Assembly (NCBI GenBank): GCA_002269645.1
Contig: NIVC01000785.1
Location: forward strand, 186,001 to 250,000
DNA length: 64,000 nt
Origin: Macrostomum lignano
Taxonomy: Eukaryota
Direction: 5' to 3'
The translations under genes and the position numbers were made by a program. The notes under the pieces were generated by a model. That model had not been told where the DNA came from. It searched no databases and was given only the letters and a program-made list of their open reading frames with translations. Shown in pieces: positions 26,062-37,966 of the stretch (the first letter of the stretch is position 1; each line of letters opens with the position of its first letter).

Positions 26062-27043
26062 GAGGTTTTAGTGTCAGTTTTAGCTGTGCAGGTGAGGTTT
26101 TAGTGTCAGTTTAGCTGTGCAGGTGAGGTTTTAGTGTCTGCAGTTTAGCTCTGTATGTGAGGTTTTAGTGTCTGCAGTTTAGCTCTGTATGTGAGGGTTT
26201 AGAGTCAGTTTAGCTGTGCAGGTGAGGTTTTAGTGTCTGCAGTTTAGCTCTGTATGTGAGGGTTTAGAGTCAGTTTAGCTGTGCAGGTGAGGTTTTAGTG
26301 TCTGCAGTTTAGCTCTGTATGTGAGGTTTTAGTGTCTGCAGTTTAGCTCTGTATGTGAGGGTTTAGAGTCAGTTTAGCTGTGCAGGTGAGGTTTTAGTGT
26401 CTGCAGTTTAGCTCTGTATGTGAGGGTTTAGAGTCAGTTTAGCTGTGCAGGTGAGGTTTTAGTGTCTGCAGTTTAGCTCTGTATGTGAGGTTTTAGTGTC
26501 TGCAGTTTAGCTCTGTATGTGAGGGTTTAGAGTCAGTTTAGCTGTGCAGGTGAGGTTTTAGTGTCTGCAGTTTAGCTCTGTATGTGAGGGTTTAGAGTCA
26601 GTTTAGCTGTGCAGGTGAGGTTTTAGTGTCTGCAGTTTAGCTCTGTATGTGAGGTTTTAGTGTCTGCAGTTTAGCTCTGTATGTGAGGGTTTAGAGTCAG
26701 TTTAGCTGTGCAGGTGAGGTTTTAGTGTCTGCAGTTTAGCTCTGTATGTGAGGTTTTAGTGTCTGCAGTTTAGCTCTGTATGTGAGGGTTTAGAGTCAGT
26801 TTAGCTGTGCAGGTGAGGTTTTAGTGTCTGCAGTTTAGCTCTGTGTAGGTGAGGATTTAGTGTCAGTTTAGCTCTACCGGTGAGGTTTTAGTGTCTGCAG
26901 TTTAGCTCTGCTGGGGAGGCCTTAGTGTCCTTAAGTGAACCCTTACATGTACATGTACTGACCTCACTTACATGTACATGTGCAGTGAGGTCAGTTTAGT
27001 TGTGCAGGTGAAGTTTTAGTGTCAGTTTAGCTCTGCAGGTGAG
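26062..27043. repeat. Same 31-bp satellite family, block 2, with higher-order dimers/trimers
   Basis: Alternating GTGCAGGTGAGG...TCTGCAG and GTATGTGAGG units; remnant units to ~27043. Confidence 0.95.
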
Positions 27044-27861
27044 ATCTGTACCCAACGAGCAAAGTTCCTATACATTTATTTTTTCTGGTACGAGCCCGTA
27101 CATGTAAGTTTGTGGTGGACGAACAAACTGCATAGAGATTAATACATCAATTTCCGCAGTGGCAAACATGCTCTGCATAAGTAATTATACTTATGGAATA
27201 AATATGATTGCGGAAACTGAGTGAAGCCACGGCTCTTAGTGCGGACAAATGATCGAGTGAATTGGTCTTGGAAAGGTTTCCTACCGAAAATTACATGTAC
27301 ACTGTGTCCTCAAGCATAGTTTAGATCAAGTTAAGGCGCCAGTACAGTTTTGGGAGTACCATATGCAATGGTAATTGATTCTGCTGCTACGACACCCTGT
27401 GGCTTAACGACACAGAGCCACTTTTCAATGTTAGAGGTCAAAGGCGCAAGATAGCGTCAATATGATAGTTACTTTTACATGTACATATTGGTCAGAGACG
27501 CCACTACATCAGAGCCAGGCAAATGAGGAAAATACACTGACAAAAAGCAATTGACAAGGCCAAGGATACGGCGCAAAGGAATTCCACGTCTGCGGCAGAG
27601 ACCGAGTAATTGAGAGTCCCAACGAAAAAGTTCTCACCGACATCAAGAGAAGCTGAAGTAATCTAATTAACTCGCGCTAACAAACTCGCAACAGTACAGG
27701 CGCGAGCTACCACCAGCTGTATATTAAGTTTCCGGATCAAAGACTGCAAAGACTTGGGATCAAGGACTTTCATAGGAACATTATTGTAACCGACTGATAA
27801 TCAGGAACAGTTGCGACCATGACCAATGGGGTTTGGGTCATTATATCTTGCTTTTTGCGAC

Positions 27862-28175
27862 AATCACGCACCCAATGCGTGGCATGCCGAACAGTCCGCC
27901 TTGAATCACGCACCCAATCCCTGGCATTCCGAACAGTCCGCCTTGAATCACGCACCCATTGCGTGGCATGCCGAACAGTCGGCCTTGAATCAAGCACTCA
28001 ATGCGTGGCATGCCGAACAGTCGGCCTTGAATCACGCACCCATTGCGTGGTATGCCGAACAGTCGGCCTTGAATCACGCACCCATTGCGTGGTATGCCGA
28101 ACAGTCGGCCTTGAATCACGCACCCATTGCGTGGCATGCCGAACAGTCGGCCTTGAATCAAGCCCCAATAGCGTG
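27862..28175. repeat. 42-bp tandem repeat, ~7.5 copies
   Basis: Unit GAATCACGCACCCATTGCGTGGCATGCCGAACAGTCGGCCTT. Confidence 0.95.
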
Positions 28176-30736
28176 ACAAAATGAAAGAAGACTAGTAAAA
28201 CGCGTACGACGTACATTTTTTGCTTGATTTTACTAATCCAAAAACAATTAAAATGGGTTTTTGATTAAAATTTGAAACCCGAATAGCCAATTACTTATTT
28301 ATAACTAATATAATGTTTAATAAAATTATTGATGATATCGAACAATCAACAGAACCAAATTAAAGGTGGCAAACTAAAGCTATTTAATAAAATCAACAGG
28401 CAAAAAGGTAACTAATAATAATATATTATTAGGAGCCAACAACCACAGGCTGAAGCGTCGTAGGACTGAAAAGTTTCGTGCACAGCAAAAGGAAGAGCAC
28501 AAATTCGCATTGGTCTTAAGATCGAGAGAGAGAGAGAGAGAGAACGAGAGTGCCAAGGTCAGCAATAGCTGGGCCTCCACTTTGCTGCGTTAAAACAGCA
28601 GTGGCGGCGCGGCTAATACTGCCTTAGAAGAGAGACCCGTGGGAAACTAACACATCCTCTTTTGCCAGAGAGGCGGAACCGAAATCCCCAAATCCCATTT
28701 CCCACTCACTCAGTCTCCCTCCCTCATTCTCTTTCAGTTTTAAGATTATTTTTCTCTACGCAAAGCAATTTTCCCGTGCACTCTCTCTCTCTCTATTTCT
28801 CGATCTGGCTCTGAAGCCCTCGACTAGGTTATAATATAAATTCTCAACACAAATACTCGTATGCATTAAAAGGAACATTAGCCAATTAGGGCATCAAAGC
28901 CAGTAACAGTGATTCAGCGCAGAGATGCATAGTGAGCACGCATTTTTGTGTGTTTTATTATTATTATTTTTTCTTAAAGATTTTTGTCACACAGTAAAGT
29001 GCTCAGATAAAAAAACTAAAACTGTACAAGCAGCAGGACAAATGATACAGGAACTGTGTTTGTGTGTGAGTAAAATACAGCGGACTTAAACGAGTAGAAA
29101 AAACATTGGCTAACCATCTCCGAGCTACAATCAACTACTGCGGAGACGAATATTTACTAAAATAAATGGATAAAACTGAACAGAAAAAACACACGTAAAC
29201 AGCAGAGAAAAAAAGCGGCGGTGATACTCTCTGCGCTTTACTGCGAGCGGTATATAGTATAAATGCCGGATAAGATTACAGGGTAGAAGTAGATGAAATT
29301 TAAACTGAACATAAATTTGTAGAGAGTCAGCCACACGTTACTATAGATAACTAAATAAATGACTGAACTAGTCATAGCAAAAGCTATTAATTTATTTTAA
29401 TAAAACTCTCCTACGAATAGTAGAATAAAGGGCGAACAGTGCCAGAATTAAATATAAAAAAGGGGGACAAAAAAGTGCAAACGCGCCCAAGACACGGAGC
29501 AGCACCAAGACTTGCTTGAAGAGAAATAATGAGAGACAACTGACAGTTTGCTAAGCTAAATAAAATCTCGAAAAAAACGTTTGATCAGTCTAATTCGACT
29601 ACCCGGAGTTTTAGGCGAGAAAAAAGCGTTATAGACGCTGATTAAATTGTTTAGCGGAAATGAAATATTAAACGTATATACATACTTATAGGCAGTGTAT
29701 TGCAAAAAGATGCTCTGATCTCTCTCTCTCTCTGTGTAAATGGGGGCTGTTAGATACGTACCAAGATAAATCATTAATTAACAACGAACACGCATACCAA
29801 TTAGATTCGTGTAAATGTGACAAAAAGGACACAAAAAGAAGATGCACAGAAATAAAACAGAGAGGCAAAACACATCTGGATAGGGAGCATGTAAAATATT
29901 GACCATAAATAAAACAAGAAATGTCAGTTAATTAGGGGGCCGATGCAGAACTTAAAAGAAGCGGACAAAGCTTTCTGATAGATTCTGCACCAAGGCCCAG
30001 CGAGACGGGAAATTCGAAGAGTCTTCAAGAGCAAAAAAACTTGTTTCGTATCAAGCGCATTGTCAGGGTCACTAATAGGCAGGTAAAAGTGCAAGCAGTG
30101 CGCGTTACAACACAGAAAAAGTACAACAAAATTGTTTTTTTCACATTTTCACATTTTTGTATTTTTATTGCTTTTAAAAGATTTTTTTGCCAGCAAAAAC
30201 TCTGTTACAATAGAAAGCCACAAATCGGAGCATATCATATAATTAAAAAAACAAAAATAAAAATATAGACTTTTTTAATTGCAATTTTGAAACAGGATAA
30301 AACCAGCGAGAGGAGCTCAAAAGAACATTGATAATTGATTAAGAGGAAGGAAATTTTAAAAAATGTACAATACTCTAAATGTAATTGAGAGTTTGAAAAT
30401 TAATCATTTAATCATTTAATAGGAGTGCTAAGTAATTAAGATGCACTTAAGATTGTATGTTTGGTTTGTGTAGAGATCCCTCTTAAAGTGTATAAATTTA
30501 TGCCGATAATAAAGTAATATATAAGCGTTGAGCAAATCAGAGTTAGTGTGAAGATGCGAGCGAAATCAGCCCCGCTACAAGCACTCTATTTGACGCATAA
30601 ATAAATAAATACACGTACAGTAAAATAAAAACGGATTAAGAGAATTAGACAGCAGTAGTATTAAATCTACGAGGCGATAATTGACTAATTAAAGCGTTAA
30701 GCCGGGTGTCCAATCAATCTGTTGAATAAATATCTA

Positions 30737-30792
30737 GGGTAAAAAGCGGGAGTAATCCTGACTGAGAATTATTGTCTTGTCATCTAACTAGT
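30737..30792 (+). other. Degenerate 28S rRNA-derived fragment (helix 69-71 region)
   Basis: GGGTAAAAAGCGGGAGTAATCCTGACT matches 22/27 and TGTCTTGTCATCTAACTAGT 17/20 to the conserved 28S segment; the middle is deleted or diverged. Confidence 0.6.
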
Positions 30793-31088
30793 AAGTATTT
30801 GCCATAACAATGGGCAACGTTTCAAGAGAATTCTACAGGTAACAACAAATTACAAGTATGACGTATTAATTAAGCTGTCTAGACGAATGTCCTTGGCCTA
30901 AACCCGATTCGGCTACAGACTGGGAAGCCGCGTCTACTCTTTCTTCAGTAGCTTGTCTGCGCAGTGTCATTTAAATTTAATGTGGTAGCTAAAATTTCCT
31001 TTTCTTCCTCAGGGTTTGCGGCCTCGGAAGCATATTGAGTTAATTATGAACAACAGGCATTTAACTCTGTGTACACAAGTGAACGCAA

Positions 31089-31808
31089 GACGAACAAAAC
31101 TTAGTCTAGGGGGGGGGGCAGGCCTAATCTAGCTCAGCCAATGAGAGAGCAGTAAGGAGAGAGGGCAAATTTAGACGGACGAAACTCAAGCTAGGGGGGC
31201 AGGCCTAATCTAGCTTAGCCAATGAGAGAGCAGTAAGGAGAGAGGGCAAATTTAGACGGACGAAACTCAAGCTAGGGGGCAGGCCTAATCTAGCTCAGCC
31301 AATGAGAGAGCAGTAAGGAGAGAGGGCAAATTAAGACGGACGAAACTCAAGCTAGGGGGCAGGCCTAATCTAGCTTAGCCAATGAGAGAGCAGTAAGGAG
31401 AGAGGGCAAATTTAGACGGACGAAACTCAAGCTAGGGGGGCAGGCCTAATCTAGCTTAGCCAATGAGAGAGCAGTAAGGAGAGAGGGCAAATTTAGACGG
31501 ACGAAACTCAAGCTAGGGGGGCAGGCCTAATCTAGCTTAGCCAATGAGAGAGCAGTAAGGAGAGAGGGCAAATTAAGACGGACGAAACTCAAGCTAGGGG
31601 GCAGGCCTAATCTAGCTCAGCCAATGAGAGAGCAGTAAGGAGAGAGGGCAAATTTAGACGGACGAAACTCAAGCTAGGGACAGGCCTAATCTAGCTTAGC
31701 CAATGAGAGAGCAGTAAGGAGAGAGGGCAAATTAAGACGGACGAAACTCAAGCTAGGGGGCAGGCCTAATCTAGCTTAGCCAATGAGAGAGCAGTAAGGA
31801 GAGAGATC
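31089..31808. repeat. ~80-bp minisatellite, ~9 copies
   Basis: Unit G(n)CAGGCCTAATCTAGCTTAGCCAATGAGAGAGCAGTAAGGAGAGAGGGCAAATTTAGACGGACGAAACTCAAGCTA; variation mainly in G-run length. Confidence 0.97.
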
Positions 31809-32035
31809 AAATCAGAAACAATCGGGCAAGAGAAAAGCCTAACTGTTTATCGGCCTGGTTGGGGCTGGGGCGCCAGTCCTTTTCGATAAAACAGGATGGA
31901 GATGCTAATTTAATGGTCCTGCTTTTAGAAAGCCAGAGGCGATTGCTTCAGCTTTAAAACCCTGGGGCCTAAATATCTTGAAAAATGTAATGATTTTTTA
32001 TTTTACTTTTATAAAGGCAAAAACGCTAATCATAC

Positions 32036-32226
32036 TACCGAAGAAGAGTAATAAAAGGCATTTTTTGCGATGTGTCAAATCTGGATATTCTATTGTAGTA
32101 CCGAAGAAGAGTAATAAAAGGCATTTTTTGCGATGTGTCAAATCTGGATATTCTATTGTAGTACCGAAGAAGAGTAATAAAAGGATTTTTTTGCGATGTT
32201 TCAAATCTGGATATTCTATTGTAGTA
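32036..32226. repeat. 63-bp tandem triplication
   Basis: Three near-identical TACCGAAGAAGAG...TATTGTAG units. Confidence 0.95.
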
Positions 32227-34085
32227 TCTGTGGCCTTAACCAGATTGCGGACACCCTGCCGAAACGAGCACAGCGCACTACAAAGTGTCAAAAAGATGAG
32301 CGAGAAACACAAAATATGATAAAAAAGTGATTTGCACACAAAAATAGGAGACAGTGTTCAGGGCTGAGAGACAGAGAATACTGACCATTGTATTATAAAT
32401 ATATATCAGCAAAACTGGTTACTATAAGTAGGCAGCGCGCAATTATGATTAGCAGAGCAGAAAGGTGTTAAAAATTAGCATAATCTTAAGCTCGAAACAG
32501 CTGCTTTGAGGATATTTGTCACTGTTAATAAATGAAAATGTGTGTATAGACTTAATAAGCACTATTAAATAAGTAATTTGAATCTTAGTAAACCAATGTA
32601 AAACCTGTAATTAGCACACGAGCTGGGCTAAGGGGCAAGCAGTCTGCAAAAGTATGCAACTGGGATTTCGTACACGGCGCAGACTTGATAAAAATTAAAT
32701 TTGCAATTATAATAAAAACATTAAAGCTAATATAGAATATACATTATTTTCCACAGGAAAGCAAGTTCATTGTAAAGAATTGTAAAATGTAAACAATATA
32801 TAGATACACATATATATCAATATTTGAGGAAGTATTTTAACAGGCTTATTGGGGCCAGCATGTAAAAGTGAAAGTTAATTCAAAGCTGAAATTATAATGA
32901 ACTAGAAGAAAATTCCTTATTAATTTATTAAATTGACAATTAATATTAGTACATAGTAAAGGTAAACAATGAATGGTAATTTCGGGGAATGCAATGCACT
33001 GCGTGGCTGTGTTATCAATCACTTGTACAGTCTTGTCTCACCTCTCGCACGAATAAAGAGCATTTAAAAAAAGATGTTTGTATAATATATAATAAAGAGA
33101 CACAATTGAGAAAGCACACAGAAGAGCTGGGTATAGTAAACAATAATATAAACGTGTATAAACAATAATTTTAATGTATTACTCAACTTAAAACTCTTGA
33201 CTGCATTTATAAGGGACACAAAAAAGCTGGGGTGAGGGAAAACACACAAAATTAGCCAAGGAAGAACAAAAGCATAACACAAAAAGATAATTTTTAATAG
33301 TAAAAAAAAGCTGAAAAAGCAAACGTAAGCCTCTGGTTGAATTTTTAGGGAAAAAACTTTAACCAAGGCGTAAGTATAGATGTACGCCAGGTGGGTGGGT
33401 AAATAAAATAGGGGGAAAAAGTGTTTTTTTAGCGGTGCGGCATGTTGAGACAAATATTAAAGTTCAGGGAGACTGGTGGGAGCAGCAGTGCAGTCTATCG
33501 AATCTTTCTAGCTAATTAATATACGCAAAAATACTTGCTTTTTGTGTTCGTTTTTTGTTGTTTTCTTTAAATCTTTAAAATCAAATAGCAGGCAAATTTC
33601 AATGTAAAAAATAGCAACACTATAAGCAACACGTAGATAGAGGATGACTTCGAATCGCCTTGCAAAGGTGCTTAGTTGACATTGAATTGTCAAGCGCGCG
33701 AAATGATAAATAACAAGAATTAATAAAAGGAAAATAAAATAGAAACAATAGGACAAACAGAGAGTTGGCATCTTGAGTTGCAAAATTGTTTTTGTTATCG
33801 ATAATGGTTTGGGTTGTAAACAGTAAAAATAGATTATAGACTTGAAGAAGATAGACAAGAATGAGACAAAAATGTTGCAAATATATTTTTTTGTTTTTTT
33901 TCAATATGGATCATTTTTATCCCTCACAAAAAGCGCAGTTTATCCGGAGCAATGAACGCCAGAAAAAACTAAGAAAACATAAATCAGTCCCGACAGAGGG
34001 TCCGACAGGTAGAGTAGGATTTTGCCTGAAATTGGGACAGTGATTGTTTTTTAGTTCAATTGCTGGATGTACTACTAGGAATCTA

Positions 34086-34873
34086 CCCTGATGCTGTACA
34101 CAGTGTCACTGATGCTGTACACAGTGTCACTGATGCTGTACACAGTGTCCCTGATGCTGTACACAGTGTCACTGATGCTGTACACAGTGTCCCTGATGCT
34201 GTACACAGTGTCACTGATGCTGTGCACAGTGTCACTGATGCTGTACACAGTGTCCCTGATGCTGTACACAGTGTCACTGATGCTGTACACTGTCCCTGAT
34301 GCTGTACACAGTGTCACTGATGCTGTACACAGTGTCCCTGATGCTGTACACAGTGTCCCTGATGCTGTACACAGTGTCCCTGATGCTGTACACAGTGTCC
34401 CTGATGCTGTACACAGTGTCCCTGATGCTGTACACAGTGTCACTGATGCTGTACACAGTGTCACTGATGCTGTGCAGTGTCACTGATGCTGTACGCAGTG
34501 TCCCTGATGCTGTACACAGTGTCACTGATGCTATACACAGTGTCCCTTATGTTGTACACAGTGTCCCTTATGTTGTACACAGTGTCCCTTATGTTGTACA
34601 CAGTGTCCCTGATGCTGTACACAGTGTCACTGATGCTGTACACAGTGTCCCTGATGCTGTACACAGTGTCACTGATGCTGTAAACAGTGTCACTGATGCT
34701 GTACACAGTGTCCCTGATGCTGTACACAGTCCCTTATGTTGTACACAGTGTCCCTTATGTTGTACACAGTGTCCCTTATGTTGTACGCAGTGTCCCTGAT
34801 GCTGTACACAGTGTCCCTTATGTTGTACACAGTGTCCATGATGCTGTACACAGTGTCACTGATGTTGTACACA
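34086..34873. repeat. 21-bp minisatellite (CTGATGCTGTACACAGTGTC(A/C))n
   Basis: About 37 units, starting ~155 bp downstream of the mei-P26-like stop. Confidence 0.97.
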
Positions 34874-35029
34874 ATATTCCTCTGTACCCGATCCTGAACA
34901 CCATATCCCAAGTGGCAGTGTCCCTGATCCCGTACAAAACACCATAAATATCAAAGTCGGAGTTTAACTTACACAATAAAGCGAAACAGCTCCAGCAGTT
35001 GCAGGTCGCTCAGAAAGTAAAGTGCTCGC

Positions 35030-35725
35030 TTAGCTGATGTACAGGGTGTTGAGCACCAATACGTGGTGATTGTTTTTAGCCAGGGTCACCACATAGCCCT
35101 CGCCAGTGATCTTCAGGCCGCAGCAGCGGGACACTTTCACAGTCGGGCACTCGAACTCGGAGGTCAGCTGGCCCAGCCTGTTAAACACGGCCACGTGGAA
35201 TTTGTTGCCATGGGAATCGCCGACTAGAACGTCGCCGTGGTCGCTAATGTCGATGCCGTTAGGGAAATTGGTGATAGCCTCGGAGCCGATGCGGCGAAGG
35301 TACACGCCATCCTCCTGGAACACGCAGACGCAGTGGCCCTTGAAGTCGCAGATGAAATACTCGTTACCGTGGATAGCGATATCAGACGGCTCGCGCATAT
35401 AGCTGGAACAGTCGAACCATTTCACCAGATCGCCAGCCTCGGCGATGACAAACACGGTTGGCGACACGGAGTCCACGGCGACGATGTGCTGCTTACTGTT
35501 GATAGCCAGGCCGGCCACAATGTCAATGTAGCGGATGGTGATTTTGCGCAGGAAATTGCCGGACCGGCTGAAGATCTGCATACGGCTGCGCTCGCTGCCG
35601 CGGTCGCACACGATGAACTTGCCAGTTTGGCGGGCCACCACCACTTTGCGCGGATACCAGAGCTGGCCCTCCTCTCGGCCGGGCACGCCGAATTGGAATT
35701 TGTGCTCGCCGGATTTTTCGAATAC
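35030..35725 (-). CDS. mei-P26: TRIM-NHL mei-P26/NHL-2 ortholog, coding exon 7 (NHL repeats, stop)
   Basis: Acceptor TTGCGCAG; [28 protein letters not shown]...[14 protein letters not shown]...[11 protein letters not shown]...[30 protein letters not shown] closely matches Drosophila Mei-P26 NHL as I recall it, not Brat. Confidence 0.93.
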   Translation of the reverse strand, partial: VFEKSGEHKFQFGVPGREEGQLWYPRKVVVARQTGKFIVCDRGSERSRMQIFSRSGNFLRKITIRYIDIVAGLAINSKQHIVAVDSVSPTVFVIAEAGDLVKWFDCSSYMREPSDIAIHGNEYFICDFKGHCVCVFQEDGVYLRRIGSEAITNFPNGIDISDHGDVLVGDSHGNKFHVAVFNRLGQLTSEFECPTVKVSRCCGLKITGEGYVVTLAKNNHHVLVLNTLYIS

Positions 35726-35859
35726 CTGCGCAACAAATATGGGAGTCAGGCTTTTTTCTAACTACTACTATCAGTACTAAGTAGAGAGAGTCACGTAGGG
35801 TATCCAATTGAATCGTTTGAGTCATTGTACGCGACTCTTGTGGCGACTCAAATCGGGCT

Positions 35860-35998
35860 TTCAAGGGAGCAGCTCTCAGCGCCACGACCCCCTTGCTTCG
35901 ATTCCGTGCGCAGCATATCCCGGCCAACACCCAAGAGAGTGTACATGCCTGACGATTAGAAAGTCAGGGCTGCTGTACACTCTGTGTGGGCGTGTGCT
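35860..35998 (+). mobile_element. Diverged, internally deleted SINE family A copy (intron 6)
   Basis: TTCGATTCC head remnant; GTGTACATGCCTGACGAT...AGGGCTGCTGTACACT matches the family A body. Confidence 0.6.
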
Positions 35999-36061
35999 CA
36001 TATGTTTTGTTACGCTACTAAGAATTCGTATTTAGAAAATTTTGTCTGTTCTCTTTTTTAC

Positions 36062-36694
36062 CTGAACTCGATGATTTTGCGTGTCGGCCACAACAATTTC
36101 TTCGTCAACGCCCAGACAGAAGCCGTGGGGCGAATTGAACTGACCCCTAGACGAGCCCAGCGAGCCCCAACGATGCCGTACAGTCATCGAAGAGCAGCGG
36201 CCCATGCGATTAGGGTAAGAGCTACTGCCGCCGCCGCCGCTAGCAGAGGATTGCAGCGGGCTGCCCAGACTGCCGGGCGCTCCGCCGCCTGTGATGACGC
36301 CGCCGCCAGTCGCGGCGCCGAAATCCAGGCTGCCAGTCGGCGTGCCAGTTCGACCAATGGCGGCGGCGGCCGCTGCTGCCGCGGCGGTGCTGAGAGCAGC
36401 GGGATCCGTGACCAGCTGCAGCTTGGCGGCTAGCATAGAGCTCAGCAGCGCATCGGAGCCGTTGCTAAGGCCGCTGTCCGAGCCGGGGGCGCCGGGGCTT
36501 GGCTGCGATTGCGTCGGTGGCGGCAGGCCAAACAGGGCCGGGTTGCTGTAGGCGGCGGCGGCCGCGGCTACGGCGGCAACCGAAGGGTTGGAGGATGCGT
36601 GCGCGGCATCGAGTGCCGGCTCAGAGACCGCGACGGCGCCTTCGACATCGGCGGCGCCGACACTGCCAGCAACGGACGCGACAATCGAGGTAGC
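36062..36694 (-). CDS. mei-P26: mei-P26-like exon 6 (Ala/Ser/Gly-rich linker and first NHL repeat)
   Basis: Acceptor CTCTTTAG; open phase-0 frame ending GQFNSPHGFCLGVDEEIVVADTQNHRVQ; donor GTAAAA. Confidence 0.88.
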
Positions 36695-36705
36695 CTAAAG
36701 AGAGG

Positions 36706-37925
36706 GCAGAGGCGGTGCCCCAATGAATAACCAGGGGGAGGGGGTGGGTGCGAGAGAGAGGCGGTGGCCATATAAATAATCAGGTGGGGTGGCTGCGAGA
36801 CAGAGGCGGTGGCCCTATAAATAATCAGGGGGGTGGCTGCGGGACAGAGGCGGTGGCCCTATAAATAATCAGGGGGTGGCTGCGAGACAGAGGCGGTGGC
36901 CCTATAAATAATCAGGTGGGGTGGCTGCGGGACAGAGGCGGTGGCCCTATAAATAATCAGGGGGTGGCTGCGAGACAGAGGCGGTGGCCCTATAAATAAT
37001 CAGGGGGTGGCTGCGGGACAGAGGCGGTGGCCATATAAATAATCAGGGGGGTGGCTGCGAGACAGAGGCGGTGGCCCTATAAATAATCAGGTGGGGTGGC
37101 TGCGAGACAGAGGCGGTGGCCCTATCAATAATTAGGGGGGGTGGCTGCGGGACAGAGGCGGTGGCCATATAAATAATCAGGGGGGTGGCTGCGAGACAGA
37201 GGCGGTGGCCCTATAAATAATCAGGTGGGGTGGCTGCGAGACAGAGGCGGTGGCCCTATAAATAATCAGGGGGGTGGCTGCGGGACAGAGGCGGTGGCCA
37301 TATAAATAATCAGGGGGGTGGCTGCGAGACAGAGGCGGTGGCCCTATAAATAATCAGGGGGGTGGCTGCGGGACAGAGGCGGTGGCCATATAAATAATCA
37401 GGGGGTGGCTGCGGGACAGAGGCGGTGGCCATATAAATAATCAGGGGGTGGCTGCGGGACAGAGGCGGTGGCCATATAAATAATCAGGGGGTGGCTGCGG
37501 GACAGAGGCGGTGGCCATATAAATAATCAGGGGGTGGCTGCGGGACAGAGGCGGTGGCCATATAAATAATCAGGGGGGTGGCTGCGGGACAGAGGCGGTG
37601 GCCATATAAATAATCAGGGGGGTGGCTGCGGGACAGAGGCGGTGGCTATTTAATAATCAGGGGGGTGGCTGCGGGACAGAGGCGGTGGCTATATAAATAA
37701 TCAGGGGGTGGCTGCGGGACAGAGGCGGTGGCCATATAAATAATCAGGGGGCTGGCTGCGGGACAGAAGCGGTGGCCCTATAAATAATCAGGGGGGGGGG
37801 TGGCTGCGGGACAGAAGCGGTGGCCCTATAAATAATCAGGGGGGTGGCTGCGGGACAGAAGCGGTTGCCCTATAAATAATCAGGGGGGTGGCTGCGAGAC
37901 AGAGACGGTGGTCCTATAAAAAACA
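36706..37925. repeat. 43-45 bp minisatellite filling intron 5
   Basis: Unit CAGGGGGTGGCTGCGGGACAGAGGCGGTGGCCCTATAAATAAT, about 27 copies. Confidence 0.97.
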
Positions 37926-37966
37926 GAGGGTGGTGGGAATGGGCCAAGTCGCTGTTCAGGTCTCAC

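Noticed and set aside
27862-31808. CRISPR-like appearance of the 42-bp and 80-bp repeats
   Set aside because: Head-to-tail units without unique spacers; eukaryotic context; no cas genes.
35030-36436. Calling the NHL gene brat or lin-41
   Set aside because: Diagnostic motifs ([35 protein letters not shown]) and the RING fit Mei-P26/NHL-2.
35106-36771. Plus-strand and alternate-frame ORFs overlapping mei-P26 exons
   Set aside because: Shadow ORFs of GC3-rich coding sequence.
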